Position numbers and translations under genes: made by a program. From Octopus vulgaris (taxonomy: Eukaryota): 64,000 nt of DNA. This document shows, piece by piece, positions 52,075-64,000 of the stretch. The notes below the pieces were generated by a model. That model saw only the letters and a program-made list of their open reading frames with translations. It was not told the origin of the DNA and did no database searches. Location: positions 47,926,001 through 47,990,000 of the forward strand of contig OX597836.1 in the NCBI GenBank assembly GCA_951406725.2, in the 5' to 3' direction. Every line of letters starts with the position of its first letter. The first letter of the stretch is position 1.

Positions 52075-54656
52075 GTATCTACTTGATAGAGGTTAAACAT
52101 TTTTCTCGTGGTTTAGAAAACTGGGAACATACTTCCCAATCATGATTCCTATGATGGAACCAAAACTAAACAAAGCATATGATTGTAGGTTTTTTTTTAC
52201 TCTTTTCTTTTTCTTTCTTTGGCCCAAATTCCTGCTGGCAATGAGACCTACTTATTTACATCACATGATCATGTGATTGAGGAAACTTTCAGATCCTGTT
52301 CTATATTGCTGGTCACAGTGTGTTTTGCATCGTTTTAGCTTTCAAATGATGCCCCCACCACTAAGCTAGGTGAGCAGGCCAACACTGCCTTCTGGCCGTA
52401 AGGCTGCTCCATTGTAGGGTGACCCCATTTACAGCTGAGTGGACTGGAACAGTGTGAAACGAGGTGCTTTGCTGAAGAACACAACATGCCATTCAGTCTG
52501 GAAATTAAACCTGTGATCACTAGATTGTGAGGGCAACATCCTTACCACTGAGCTACAGCAACCCTAATTTCCTAACCCTTACAACCCTAATTTTCTGCCC
52601 CATTACACTCTACAGACACTGATTACATTTTGTCTCTATTCGGAAACTAATGCTTTCATATCTTCATGTTTTAAACATTGCAAATATTAATGTCAGATTC
52701 GATTTCTTTCTTCCAAACATTTATAAATTCCAGATATTCTATCTGAAAAACACATCATTTCTAAATTCTCAATTATTGATTGCTGGGTATTCTTTTTTGT
52801 ATTTTATCTGCATATTGGCTATCAATTAGCTCTCGAATCTTGTTTGTAAACCAGACTAGTCATCATCATCATCATCATCATTTAAAGTCCACTTTCCCAA
52901 GCTTGCATAGGTCAGACAGGGTTTATTAAGACAGATTTTCAATGACCAGACGTCCTTTCTGTTGCCAACCTTCATCAGTTTCCAAGTAAAGTGATACGTC
53001 CCCGTGACCAGACATGTTTTTGCAACACATTAGAAATTTAAAATTTACATTAATTTACAACACTCACATGATATCAAGAAGACAAGGAAACACAAACACA
53101 CACACACACATGCACATGCATGCACACACAATGGGCTTCCTCACAATTTCCTTCTACCAAATCCATTCACCAGCCCAGGGCTATTGTATAAGACACTTGC
53201 CCTAAGTGCCATATAGTGGGGCTGAACCCTAAATCAAATGGTTGCAAACACGCTTCTTAGCCCCACATCCAACCTGTGTCTGTGCCTAATTTTTGAGATT
53301 CTGGGGTTTTTTTTTTTAGTTTCCATGGAATTTTCAGAGACATCCTTTGCTGTGTGTTTCTAGTTTTTCTTTCATTTGGATAATTTTAGTTTTTGCTTGT
53401 TATCAGAATGTGCCATGAATATTTCATATTCTTGGTCTGAGATTGAACCCAAGTATCTCTATTTGAATCACAATATACTAACAGTACATTTCCACTTATG
53501 TGTAGCATGGTGAATAGAAGTGCAAGAAGCCTGCATGCAATAAAAGGTTGTGAGTTCAGTCCCTGTCTGAGCATATGTTCTGGCATAAATAGCCTAATGA
53601 GGAATGGAGCCAAAAACTATAAGCGTACAATATGTTGCAGATTATATTTTGAGAAGAAATAACTAACAACATCAAAAGTTGATTCCATCGGTACAAGAAG
53701 GTTGAATTTTCAACTCACACACATCTACACACAGACACATTCACACCGTAACACATGTACAGACACCCATTCACACACACACATACACATACAGACACAT
53801 ATACATACAAACACATACACATCCCCACCCACGTGGTACTCACACATTCTCTCTTTCTCTTACACACACACACAGACACGCATTTTTGTACATCATTTCA
53901 TGTGAGATGAAGGGGTCATATTCCACAGTCGCTACATCCCAGTTACAACAGAAGGATGAAGGAATATTTTAAATTGGTGCAGTTAAAGTGTTTGGCAGGA
54001 CTATTTCATGGTGAATCAGCCATGTTCTGCTTGGAGTACAGAGTCAGCCAGCAGTGAGACACAGCATGGTTGAAAGAAGGGTGAAACGGTGTAATTACAA
54101 GGAGTTTCAGTGTATGGGGTGAGGGTTAGGGTTAGGGTGAGTCAGTTTGTTAGGAAACACAACAACCGTTGTGATAACTTTAACACATTTGTAGAGGATG
54201 GCAACGGGGAGGGCGGAGTAAAGTGCAGATTCTTTGTCAGTACAGATGGAGTTTGTTTGTTTATTTGGAAAAGTTAATTTCTTAGGAATATGATCTTCAA
54301 TACAGTTTGAAAGATGTGAAAATAATAACTGACTGTAAAATCTACTTGGCTTTTGTAAAGGACCAGCAATTAAGGGAGTCCAAAAAGTGTTATTTTCTTC
54401 TCAAGAGAAAGCCATGTGTCTTGGATAGAATTTATAAGGTTTCCAAGAGAGGAGACAATTCCGGGGGTATAAGCAGTAACAATGTGATGAAACTGTTTTC
54501 TGAAGTATGTACCATTTTTTTGTTTTGGTGTCTGTAAATATTTCTTTAGGTGATGCCTTGATATCATGGAGGAGTTATTGATATTAAAAGAAGCTAGATC
54601 TAAGTGGAAGAATTCAAAGAATCTGGCGCTTGTATTAACAACAAAGAAATGCTTAA

Positions 54657-54853
54657 CCCTTTAGCATTTAATCTGACCATATCTGGCCCTACCTGTTTTA
54701 TGAAAAAACTGACCAGATCCAACCTCTGTCATTCTAAAAATTTATACAAATGTACCATTGAAGTCTTGAAGTTTCATGGTAATGCATGACTAATTCAAAT
54801 CGATGCGAATAAATAAGCAATGACCCAGACAAAGGACTCTGACTGTGAAAGGG
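54657..54853. mobile_element. piggyBac-type MITE
   Basis: TTAA|CCCTTT...AAAGGG|TTAA, with TTAA at 54653-54656 and 54854-54857. Confidence 0.8.
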
Positions 54854-55949
54854 TTAAAGTTTGTGTGGACAAAGAAAGTCAGTTCCATGAAGGAATTACA
54901 CAAGAGCTAAGTGTGATGTTAGTAGAGGGCCTGGGTGGATGGGAGGTAGGTGGTGGGAGGGGGTGGCACATGACCATCCAAGGCCAGCGAGTAGAGGTCA
55001 CTGCAACAGCAGTAGAGATGACACAGCTTGGATGATGGCCTTGTAGGAGCTGTAGGGGGCAAAAAAAAAAGGGGCCTCCAGTTTGTTGCGGTGGGTGATT
55101 ACTAGGGATCTCTGCAGTTCAAATCCAATGAATTGCTTTGACTCCAAACTTGATAACCTTTTAGAAATGAGTTTTAACCTGGATGTTGTTTGGTCGCTAT
55201 ACTTTGCAAATATTGAGTACAACAACCTTAATTCCATCAGAATCTTGTAGCATTTTGGATTATTTGTATTCCATTCGAGAGAGGAGGTCACTAGTTTCAG
55301 AAAATTATTAACATTATTAGTGACTGCATCAGTGGTTTTTCTTTTTTTTTCTTTCATTTTTCTTTCTTTTTTTTAAGCTTGAGGAGATGTTATTTCTTAT
55401 GAGAAATAGCTGACAGTTTAAAGATTATTGCTGCCATTACCAAGTGAACAGTTACATTAATGTGATAACTTGTGCAAAAGTATGCGGAAATTCACTTGCC
55501 ATTCCTCTGATTATGAAAAAATATGATAGTTTGGTATATCTGTCAGTTCAGGGAATTTGTTCCATTTCTCAGAAATGTTATTCAAGAAAAAATATGAAAG
55601 ACTGAGAAGTTAAAAATATATTTTCAACAAAGTGTGTTTTTTTTTTTTCCTTTTTTAATTAGACTTAACGATATACAGTAGTTGGCCAGAAATCCGAAAC
55701 TTAATATTATTTACAATGAGTAAACACTTCCTTCTATTGTGTTGTAATTGCTTCTAACCACTCTGCAAGTAAGTTTCTTGACACTCAAAGTGAACTCTGT
55801 GGAGATCACTTAACAGTCTTGTGGTTGGTAGGTATACATACAACCCTGTATCTCTCTCTCTCTCTCCCCCCTTCTCTCATACTCCTCCTATGGCTTACAT
55901 ATGTAGTAGCTATGTTGTTCTTGCCATGAAATGCTTTGAGCTATTTACA

Positions 55950-55981
<32 letters not shown>

Positions 55982-56193
55982 CCCATGTCAAACATAACAA
56001 TTTAGAGTTCCTGAACATTTCAAGAAAGCACAACAGTGTAACTCATTAAGCACCATACAACAGCAACACAGCACCTCGTTAGGAAGTTAATATAAGGACA
56101 GTGGGAGTCAGTCTATGAAACCCTTCATCTCTGACTCATCAATTTATGAGACTCCTCTCTCTGACTCCTTCATTTATAGTTAAACTAACCATA

Positions 56194-56546
56194 GAGGCGT
56201 AGGCATGGCTGTATGGTAAGAAACTTGCTTCCCAACCACGTGGTCCCAGGTTCAGTCTCACTGTGTGGCACCTTGGGCAAGTGTCTTCTACTATAGGCTT
56301 GGGCTGGCCAAAGTCTTACGAGTGGATTTTGGAGATGGAAACTGAAAGAAGCTCATCATATATATGTATGTATATACATACATATGCATATATATATATA
56401 TATACATATATGTATATATATATTTATATGTATATATATATGTATATACAAATATATATATATATACATATATATATAAATATATATATGTACATATATA
56501 CATATATATATGTATATGCATATATATATGTATATACATATATATA

Positions 56547-56577
<31 letters not shown>

Positions 56578-56888
56578 GTACGTATATACATATATATGTA
56601 TATATATAAATATATATTTATATATACACATATATATGTATGTATGTATACAGAGTGTGTGTGTGTGTGTGTGTGTTTGTTTCCCACCATTACCACCGCT
56701 TGACAACTGGTGTTGATGTGTTTATGTGCCCATAACTTAGTGGTCCAGCAAAAGAAACTGATAGAATAAGTACCAGGCTAAAAAATACGAAAAAAAAGAG
56801 GAGTGAGGTCAATTTATTTGACTATAAATCTTCATGCCCCAGCATGGCCACAGTCTAATAACTGACACAAGTAAAAGATAAAAGATAA
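56194..56888 (+). mobile_element. SINE family A with about 300 bp of expanded TA/TG-rich interior
   Basis: Head 56194-56355, microsatellite 56356-56675, tail to 56888. Confidence 0.85.
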
Positions 56889-57114
56889 ATTTTTTTTATT
56901 TCAATTAAAAACATACAACTTAGGTGGCTTCTGTGAATTCTAAGCTACTTTTTAGGTCCTTTTAAGTTTGGAATTAGATCTGTTTAAGTTTGGATTTAAA
57001 GGTCACAGCTGTGCCATTGTGACTTTTTAGACATTTATTAACAAAATCTCAGGCAATTAAGGAAAAAATAAGATTTACAATAAATAAAGACAAAGAAACA
57101 TTTTATCTACAGAT

Positions 57115-57258
57115 TATGGGATTAAATCAGGATTAAAGGACCAGAGTTGATTAACATTGTGTTATGGGATTAAATCAGGATTAAAGGGCCAAAATTGATT
57201 AACATTGTGTTATGGGATTAAATCAGTATTAAAGGACCAGAGTTGATTAACATTGTGT
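57115..57258 (+). repeat. Tandem repeat, 3 x 48 bp
   Basis: Unit tatgggattaaatcaggattaaaggaccagagttgattaacattgtgt, with a few substitutions. Confidence 0.95.
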
Positions 57259-58541
57259 TCTTAGTAACAGTATTACACAATCCTCTTTCATTGAAACCCT
57301 TAAATCTGATTTGGTTATTTTTAGTACAGAAAATAGTAAAATTTGTAGGTGTAAAATTGAAAATACCAAACACTCACCAAACACACACACACACTTACAA
57401 CTCACACACACATACGCTCATAACACACACACACTCATAACACACAAACACTCACTCACAACACACACACACACACACACTCACAACACACACAACACAC
57501 ACACACACACACACACACACACTCATAACACACACACACCTCACCTGACAAGAACCCAAACCTCACCCAGACATAAACACGTGTAATAATGTAATGTGTT
57601 TTTTCTCGTTAAGCATTTCTAAAAATAAATGAATCTCAGCCAGAATTTATGACTCTGAATGTTTGGTTGTTTGATCTCCTGAAAAACCAGGTTCATTAAA
57701 TGAACATGTAAACTGGTTGAGTATTCCACAGATTCATGTGTACTTGTAATGGTATTCTCAGGCAGAATCAGTCTGACACATTGTATTACAAGGTTCTGTC
57801 ATTTCAATTACAGTCCATGCATTGGGCTTCCATATAGTCTCCATAATCCCCAAAGTGTAAGTTGAACTGAAGCCTTGCAATATTATACTTACCTAAGATG
57901 CTACTCAGCAGGCTTGAAATTGGATCCTCGTGGTTGCAAAGTGAACTTCTTAACCATTTGGCCATACTGTGCCTTTATTCAAATATAATAAAGATATTTA
58001 AAAACTCATGGAAGCTCAATAACCAGATTTGTTACATCCAATTCACTTGTAAGAGACAGAATATATAAGCTGTTATAAAACATTATAAACAGGTTTTCTT
58101 CTGTTCTATTTCCTCCTTGTAAGTGCAGTGTAGCTGAACCATTAAGATGTTTGCTTCACAACCACAGAGCCCTAGGTTCAATCCTGTCTTGTAGCATCTT
58201 GGTTAATTGTCATTTTTTTATACCTTTTGATAGAGCCATATCCTGTGAGTAAAATTGGGTAGATGGAAACTGCATGGAAGACCATTGAGTGGATTGTATT
58301 TGTAATTAAAAAAGGTACGGCCTGGTCACTTTGTTGTGCTGAATCAAAGAATTACATTAAGGATGCATCTGTCTGTGAAATACTCGGCTAATTCCGTGGT
58401 AATTCAAGAGTAGATAAGCCAGTTGACCAAATAACTGATTCCTCATAGTGTAACGATGGAGATCCATCTCCAACCGTTTCTTCTCCAGATTCCTTTTTTA
58501 CTTTAACATTCTCACAATTAGATGAGAAATTTCTATTTTAT

Positions 58542-58759
58542 TGGTTGTATACTGTCAATCTAATGTGAACATTGACAGTAGGGGATTACACCACCGCTGT
58601 TTAGCCCTAGGAAGCATCGACGCTTCCTGATGGCTTCCACACAAAAAAACAAAAAAAAGTGTCGAAGCCATCAGGAAGCGTCGATGCTTCCTAGGGCTAA
58701 ACAGCAGTGGTGTAATCCCCTACTGTCAACGTTCACATTAGATTGACAGTATACAACCA
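58542..58759. repeat. Near-perfect 218-bp inverted repeat with A-rich loop
   Basis: Arms 58542-58642 and 58659-58759 with three mismatches; loop aaaaaaacaaaaaaaa. Confidence 0.95.
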
Positions 58760-59468
58760 TTCTATCGCCCCACCACCGTACATATCTCTATGAGATATTT
58801 AGAAATTTAATATTTCTGATTCTATTTTATTGTTTAGAGTTAATTGGAAATGACACTTCTGTGGAATTTTGCGACCTGACCAATATTTCATTGCGGAAAT
58901 TTTCTGATGATTCTTATAATTTTGTTCAGTTCTAGAAGACCTTCACCTACTCCTTAAGAATCTGTCAGCAGCAGGTGTTCTATACAATAATCTCTATTGG
59001 AAAGATTACGATGCTCCAATTAGTTTCAATGGCTCACCCCCCTGACTCTGCCCTACACATCTCCCCGCCCCCTCGATTACTATTGACCTCCTATAACAAT
59101 TATTTAATGTAAAATATGTTGAAATGTTATATATAACGATGAAAGGGTTTTGTTTGTTTTTTTGTCCTGGTGAGTTTAACTGAAACTAAAAAGACTTTGT
59201 AATTCTGCTTCTCCAATGTTGATTCGGTTTCTTCCCGCTTCTCCTGTTCTCTGTTCAGGAAATATGTTAGGTTCATTCAGTCTTTTCATTTTGTTTGTGT
59301 TATTTTCCTTATACTGTACTCACACACACACACACACACACTTATTCTCTTTCTCTCTCATTCATGCATCTATATTCTCACCCACACACAGACATACTCT
59401 CACCATCATCCTCTACACACACACACTCACACACAAATACACCCTCACATATCCCACACATTGATGTA

Positions 59469-59517
<49 letters not shown>

Positions 59518-59874
59518 ACACACTCAGTCTTCTTCCTTTTCTGCTGTTTTTATCTCCAATAACCCCCTCCAACCATACACCACACGTCCCTTTCTTCCTT
59601 TCGCCCTTCCTTCCCCCCAATCTCCGCATTCATTTTCATATTTACTCCTCTTCTCCCTCCTTCTTCCTCTTCAATGTTTCCCCCTCTTCCTTCTCTTTCT
59701 CATTTTTCAAAAATTGTTTTTTCTTTTTTGCCATTGATTCTGGGGTTGATTCAGAAAACATATTAGTTTTCTTTCTCTGCTGCTGCTGCTGCTGCTGCTG
59801 CTGCCATATTTGCATTGAACAGAAAGTAATCTTACCATTTTGAAGATTTATTGAACATACACGCTGGCATTGCT

Positions 59875-60295
59875 AAGTGCTGGTATGGCTGTGTGGTCAA
59901 GACGGTCACTTGGCAACCATGTGGCTTTAGATTCAGTCCCACTGTGCAGCACATTGGACAAGCATCTTCTACTATTGCCCCAGGCCAACCAATGCGTTCT
60001 GATTGAATTTGGTAGACAGAAACTGCATGGAAGCCTGTCATATATGTGGATGTGTGTATGTGTGTGTGTGTGTGTGCCTTTGTGTTTGTCTTCCGCCACC
60101 AACACCACCATCATTACATGACAACTAATTCGTTTCTGTCCTCATAACTGAGCAGTTTGTCAAAAGAGACCAACAGAATAAGTACCACACATAAAAAAGT
60201 AAATACTGGAGTTTGACTTGTTCGACTAAAGCCCTTCAAAGTATTGCTCCTGCATGGCCGCAATCCTATGACTGAAGCAAGTTAGGATAAAAGAC
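59875..60295 (+). mobile_element. Old SINE family A copy
   Basis: Degenerate head and tail motifs. Confidence 0.75.
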
Positions 60296-61404
60296 ATGAT
60301 TTTCATACAAGAATTATGTCCCAAATATTCTCGTTTGCTTTCTTCACTCTCTTCTTGCTATTTCTTATATTTTTACCAATAACATCGTATATCACTGCTG
60401 AAGAGATTCCTGTAATAAAGCAATGGTGTGAATTAAAGAACAGTTCTTCATAGTCATAAACAAACAAATGCTGAAATAGTTTCATAAAGCATTCCTGCTT
60501 CTGCTGTGGCTGCTGCCATCTCTTCTACGTCGTAAATATTACTGAAAATCTGATTCAACAAAGAAGTAAAACATTTGGAAAAATCATTTTGAAATCATGT
60601 GTGTGTTTCTGTTTGCTTATAGAGAGGACGAAGAAAAAAGAAGCATGAATGTTCCTTTGATTGCTGATTTAGCTGTGAACAGAAAATATTGACAATAACT
60701 AAATTTCAATTTGTTTCTGTCATTCAACTCCTTTGCTATTTACTTAAGTATATTATTGTATGTTGTATTTATTGTATCAACTTACAAAAAAAAAACAGAA
60801 AGAAAAATGTATGTAACTTGAGTCTGACAAAACATCAAGTAAAACCAACGAAGCTTCATTCTGGCTCCATACTAATTGAGCTGCTATTTCACGTGTGTGT
60901 GTGTGTGTGGACTGTTGCCTATATTGCTAAATATTGAGTACCATTCATCATCACTACCATCATCATTCAACGTCTGTTTTCCACGGACCACACAGTTTGA
61001 TAGGACCTGGCAAGCAACGGGGACGGGACTGCGTTGAGCCCCAGTGTCTGTTTTGACCTGGTTTCTCCAACTGCCTGCTCTTCTTAATGCCAACCACTTT
61101 ACTAAGCATATTAGATACATTATACGTGGCGCCAACAATGGCAAGGTCACCAAGTAACCACACAATCATCATCATCATCATCATCACAGATGTTTTAATG
61201 TCCTTTTATTTTATTATTTCCATGCTATAGTCATCAGTTGGATGTCTTTCCTTAAACAAGTTTCTTGCCACTCATCTTTGTCTTTCAGCATTTCTAGTTT
61301 GAGCGCAACATCTTCAAACCTGACCCCACTTCTATGCCTCCTCCTGTCTCCTGTTCTGTTCCAGCTCTCCCTCTGTCAACTGATTCCTTCACCAACAACA
61401 CACT

Positions 61405-61720
61405 CTTTACTTGTTTCAGCCATATGACTGTGGCCATGCTGGAGCACTGCCTTTAGTCGAGCAAATCGACCCCAGGACTTATTGTTTGGAAGCCTAGTAC
61501 TTATTCTATCAGTCTCTTTTGCCGAACCGCAAGGTTACGGAGACCTAAACACACCAGCATCGGTTGTCAAGCAATGTTGGGGAAACAAACACAAATACAC
61601 AAACACATACACGACGAGGCTATAGTAGAAGACACTTGCCCAAGGTGCCACGCAGTGGGACTGAACCCAGAACCATGTGGTTGGTAAGCAAGCTACTTAC
61701 CACACATCCACTCCTACACC
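61405..61720 (-). mobile_element. SINE family A with internal deletion
   Basis: Tail and head are present; the gggcttctttcagtttcc...ttggtcggccc segment is missing at about 61615. Confidence 0.82.
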
Positions 61721-62596
61721 CAACATGTGGCACTTTCACACCAAACATGCCAAAAAAACCAGACTGTGGAGCTTGGTGCTGTCCTCTGGCCTACCAGCTC
61801 CTGTCGAATTGTCCAACCCATGCCACCATCAAAGACGGACCTTAAATGAGGATTATGACAACAAACACACACACACATGTATATCTGTGTTTGTCTCCCA
61901 CCATCGCTAAATAAGTCCTGGGGGTCGATTTGTTTGACTAAAACTCTTCACGGCGGTGCCCCAGCATGGCCACAGTCCAATAACTGAAACAGATAAAAGA
62001 TAAAATATGTGCTTCTTGTTTTTCTCCCGATTAAAACAAAAACACACAAAAAGAAACCTTAATCTAAAACTTCCCCTGTTTGGGTATTTTGTCAACTTCT
62101 GCCAAATCCCTTCTTTCTTCTTTCTTTCTTTCTTGAACCCCGACAGATGTTTACTCATCACATATTTTGTTATCATTGCAACCTAACATTGTGGAACATG
62201 TCAGGTTTTTTAGCTGACAAAAAGTCATCCCAAGAGATGAAGGGAAGCATTATTTCTTGCTTTGTTTTTTTCTTAGTAAACACCCTCTTTAAAATAATTA
62301 CCCAATTGTGTAGATTTCTCCATCTTATGTGTCTGAAATTTATCTAAATCAACCGAATTTGTAAATTCTTATTTCTACAATACTTATTATTATTATTATT
62401 ATTTTCATTATTATTATTATCATTATCGCCATCGTCATCATCATCATCACCACCACCACCACCATTACTATTATTATTATTATTGCTATTACTATGACTA
62501 TTATTATTATCATCATCATCATCATCATCATTAACATTATTATTACTATTACTATTATTATTATTACTATTACTATTACTATTATTATTATTATTA

Positions 62597-62880
62597 TTCA
62601 GAGTTTTTTTTATTCTATCTTCTATTTTCACTGCACTACTGAGCACAGTTCTGTCTGCCTTGGCTATGTGCAGTGTTTTCTTTTGCTTTTGTTATTGTTA
62701 CTGTATTGAAAGTACCCTACATGGAATATGTGTGCGGTACCTTGCTGTGCTATTTTTTATCTGTATTTTTTATCTATAGACCCTGGGGCTTTGGTTATGT
62801 CATTGTCAGCAGGTCTTTTGATAATTTCCAAAGCATCTTTTATTATAGAGATTGTTTCTATTTCCAGCATCTACGTTCAG
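62597..62880 (-). mobile_element. R4/Dong-like (REL endonuclease) non-LTR retrotransposon 3' end in a (TAA)n tract
   Basis: Minus strand IETISIIKDALEIIKR...ITKAPG...KIAQQGTAHI..RVLSIQ* (cf. the motif PI.VGALG...QK.ALLGTA.ILR), then a short 3' UTR running into (AAT)n. Confidence 0.7.
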
Positions 62881-62906
62881 CTTTTATTATTATTATTACA
62901 CTGGAC

Positions 62907-63303
62907 AAGGCAGCAAGCTGGCAGAATCATTAACACACCAGGTGAAATGCGTAGCGGTATTTCGTCTGCCGCTAAATTCTGAGTTCAAATTCCGCCGAAG
63001 TCGACTTTGTCTTTCATCCTTTCGGGGTCAATTAAATAAGTACCAGTTACGCACTGGGGTCGACATAATCGACTTAATTCGTTTGTCTGTCCTTGTTTGT
63101 CCTCTCTGTGTTTAGCCCCTTGTGGGTAGTAAAGAAATAGGTATTTCGTCTGCTGCTACGTTTTGAGTTCAAATTCCGCTGAAGTTGACTTTGCCTTTTA
63201 TCCTTTCAGGGTTGATAAAATAAGTACCAGTTAAACACTGGGGTCCATATAACCGACTCATCCCCTCCCATAAAATTGCTGCCCTTGTGACAAAATTTGA
63301 AAC

Positions 63304-63342
<39 letters not shown>

Positions 63343-63510
63343 ATTGGACAAAATGCTTAGTGGCACTTTGTCCATCTTTACATTCCGAGTTCAAATTCTT
63401 TCAAGGTTGACTTTGCCTTCCATCTTTCCAGGGTCTTTAAAATAAGATCTAGTTGAGCATTGAGGTCGATGTAGTCAACTAGCCCCCTCCCTCAAAATTT
63501 CAGGTTTTGT
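62907..63510 (+). mobile_element. SINE family B dimer (62907-63306) followed by an older monomer (about 63345-63510)
   Basis: Same architecture as 9545-9948. Confidence 0.85.
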
Positions 63511-64000
63511 AGCTACTTAAATATAAATATCCTCTTAGAATTTTTTCTACAAACTGGATTTTAGTTGAGTTTAAGAATCATTATGTACAGCCACATACTG
63601 ACACAATTGTCACATTGTTAATGGCACAAATGTCACATATTTTTCTGGCACAGTTATCACAATATTATGGGCAAAGTTTACTTAGTGGCACACTGCACAG
63701 AACAATTGAACATTTCAGAAAAGAATTTTTTTCTTAAATAGCACCCTTATGAAAAAAAGAAAAAAAAATGAAACGGAAAGTTTAAATTAGTGTTAACATA
63801 TTTAATGGCTGAGTAACATCCAATGAATTAAGGAAAAAGATGCTATGACAAGAAAAAAATATATTAGTCATTGATTGATATTATTTTAATTGTTTGGTCA
63901 AACTTCTGTCCTGTTTTACAAATATTAAGGAAATTTGGGAGCCAATGTATCCATATTTCTCTTTTTAGAAAATAATATTTATGTTGAGTTTCTTGTTTAG

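Noticed and set aside
51365-52145. 235-aa and overlapping ORFs
   Set aside because: Made of (CA)n plus SINE A sequence.
54121-54140. TTAGGG telomere-like repeats (also about 7220-7245 and 52560-52590)
   Set aside because: Only 2-3 units, or part of a MITE; not a telomere or fusion site.
57115-57258. CRISPR-like repeat array
   Set aside because: Contiguous tandem units without unique spacers, eukaryotic context and no cas genes.
60303-60545. Minus-strand 60-aa ORF preceded by an acceptor-like AG
   Set aside because: No recognisable homology, and the acceptor-proximal frames are interrupted by stops.
62600-62780. Hydrophobic, Cys-rich plus-strand frame as a possible next claudin exon
   Set aside because: It is the antisense of an R4/Dong-like LINE 3' end, and the phase-1 join at the nearest AG hits a stop.

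Overview
AT-rich, repeat-dense eukaryotic DNA. The tRNA-derived SINE families, long (TA)n/(TATG)n/(CA)n tracts and MITEs are typical of an octopus (coleoid cephalopod) genome; the taxon is inferred from recall, not from a search. Almost all ORFs in the supplied track are microsatellite or SINE artefacts. Three host genes are supported: (1) the last coding exon of GTF3C2/TFIIIC110 (1030-1167, +); (2) an intact tRNA-Leu(CAG) (24646-24729, -); (3) a probable PMP22/claudin-superfamily gene on +. That gene has a putative non-coding first exon ending at 25974, its first coding exon at 38150-38354, and an intron running to or past the window end. The rest is SINEs, hAT/piggyBac/mariner elements and decayed RTE, R4/Dong-like and Penelope-like (PLE) retroelements. 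The most notable unannotated structure is a set of type I hammerhead-ribozyme motifs at PLE termini beside (TA)n tracts, including a perfect 165-bp palindrome carrying a hammerhead on each strand. There are also several long fold-back hairpins and a templated-insertion scar inside a mariner. I see no clearly new multi-gene system; the ribozyme and hairpin landscape inside the putative transcription unit is the best candidate for follow-up. Repeat boundaries were read by eye and are approximate unless TSDs or TIRs are quoted.
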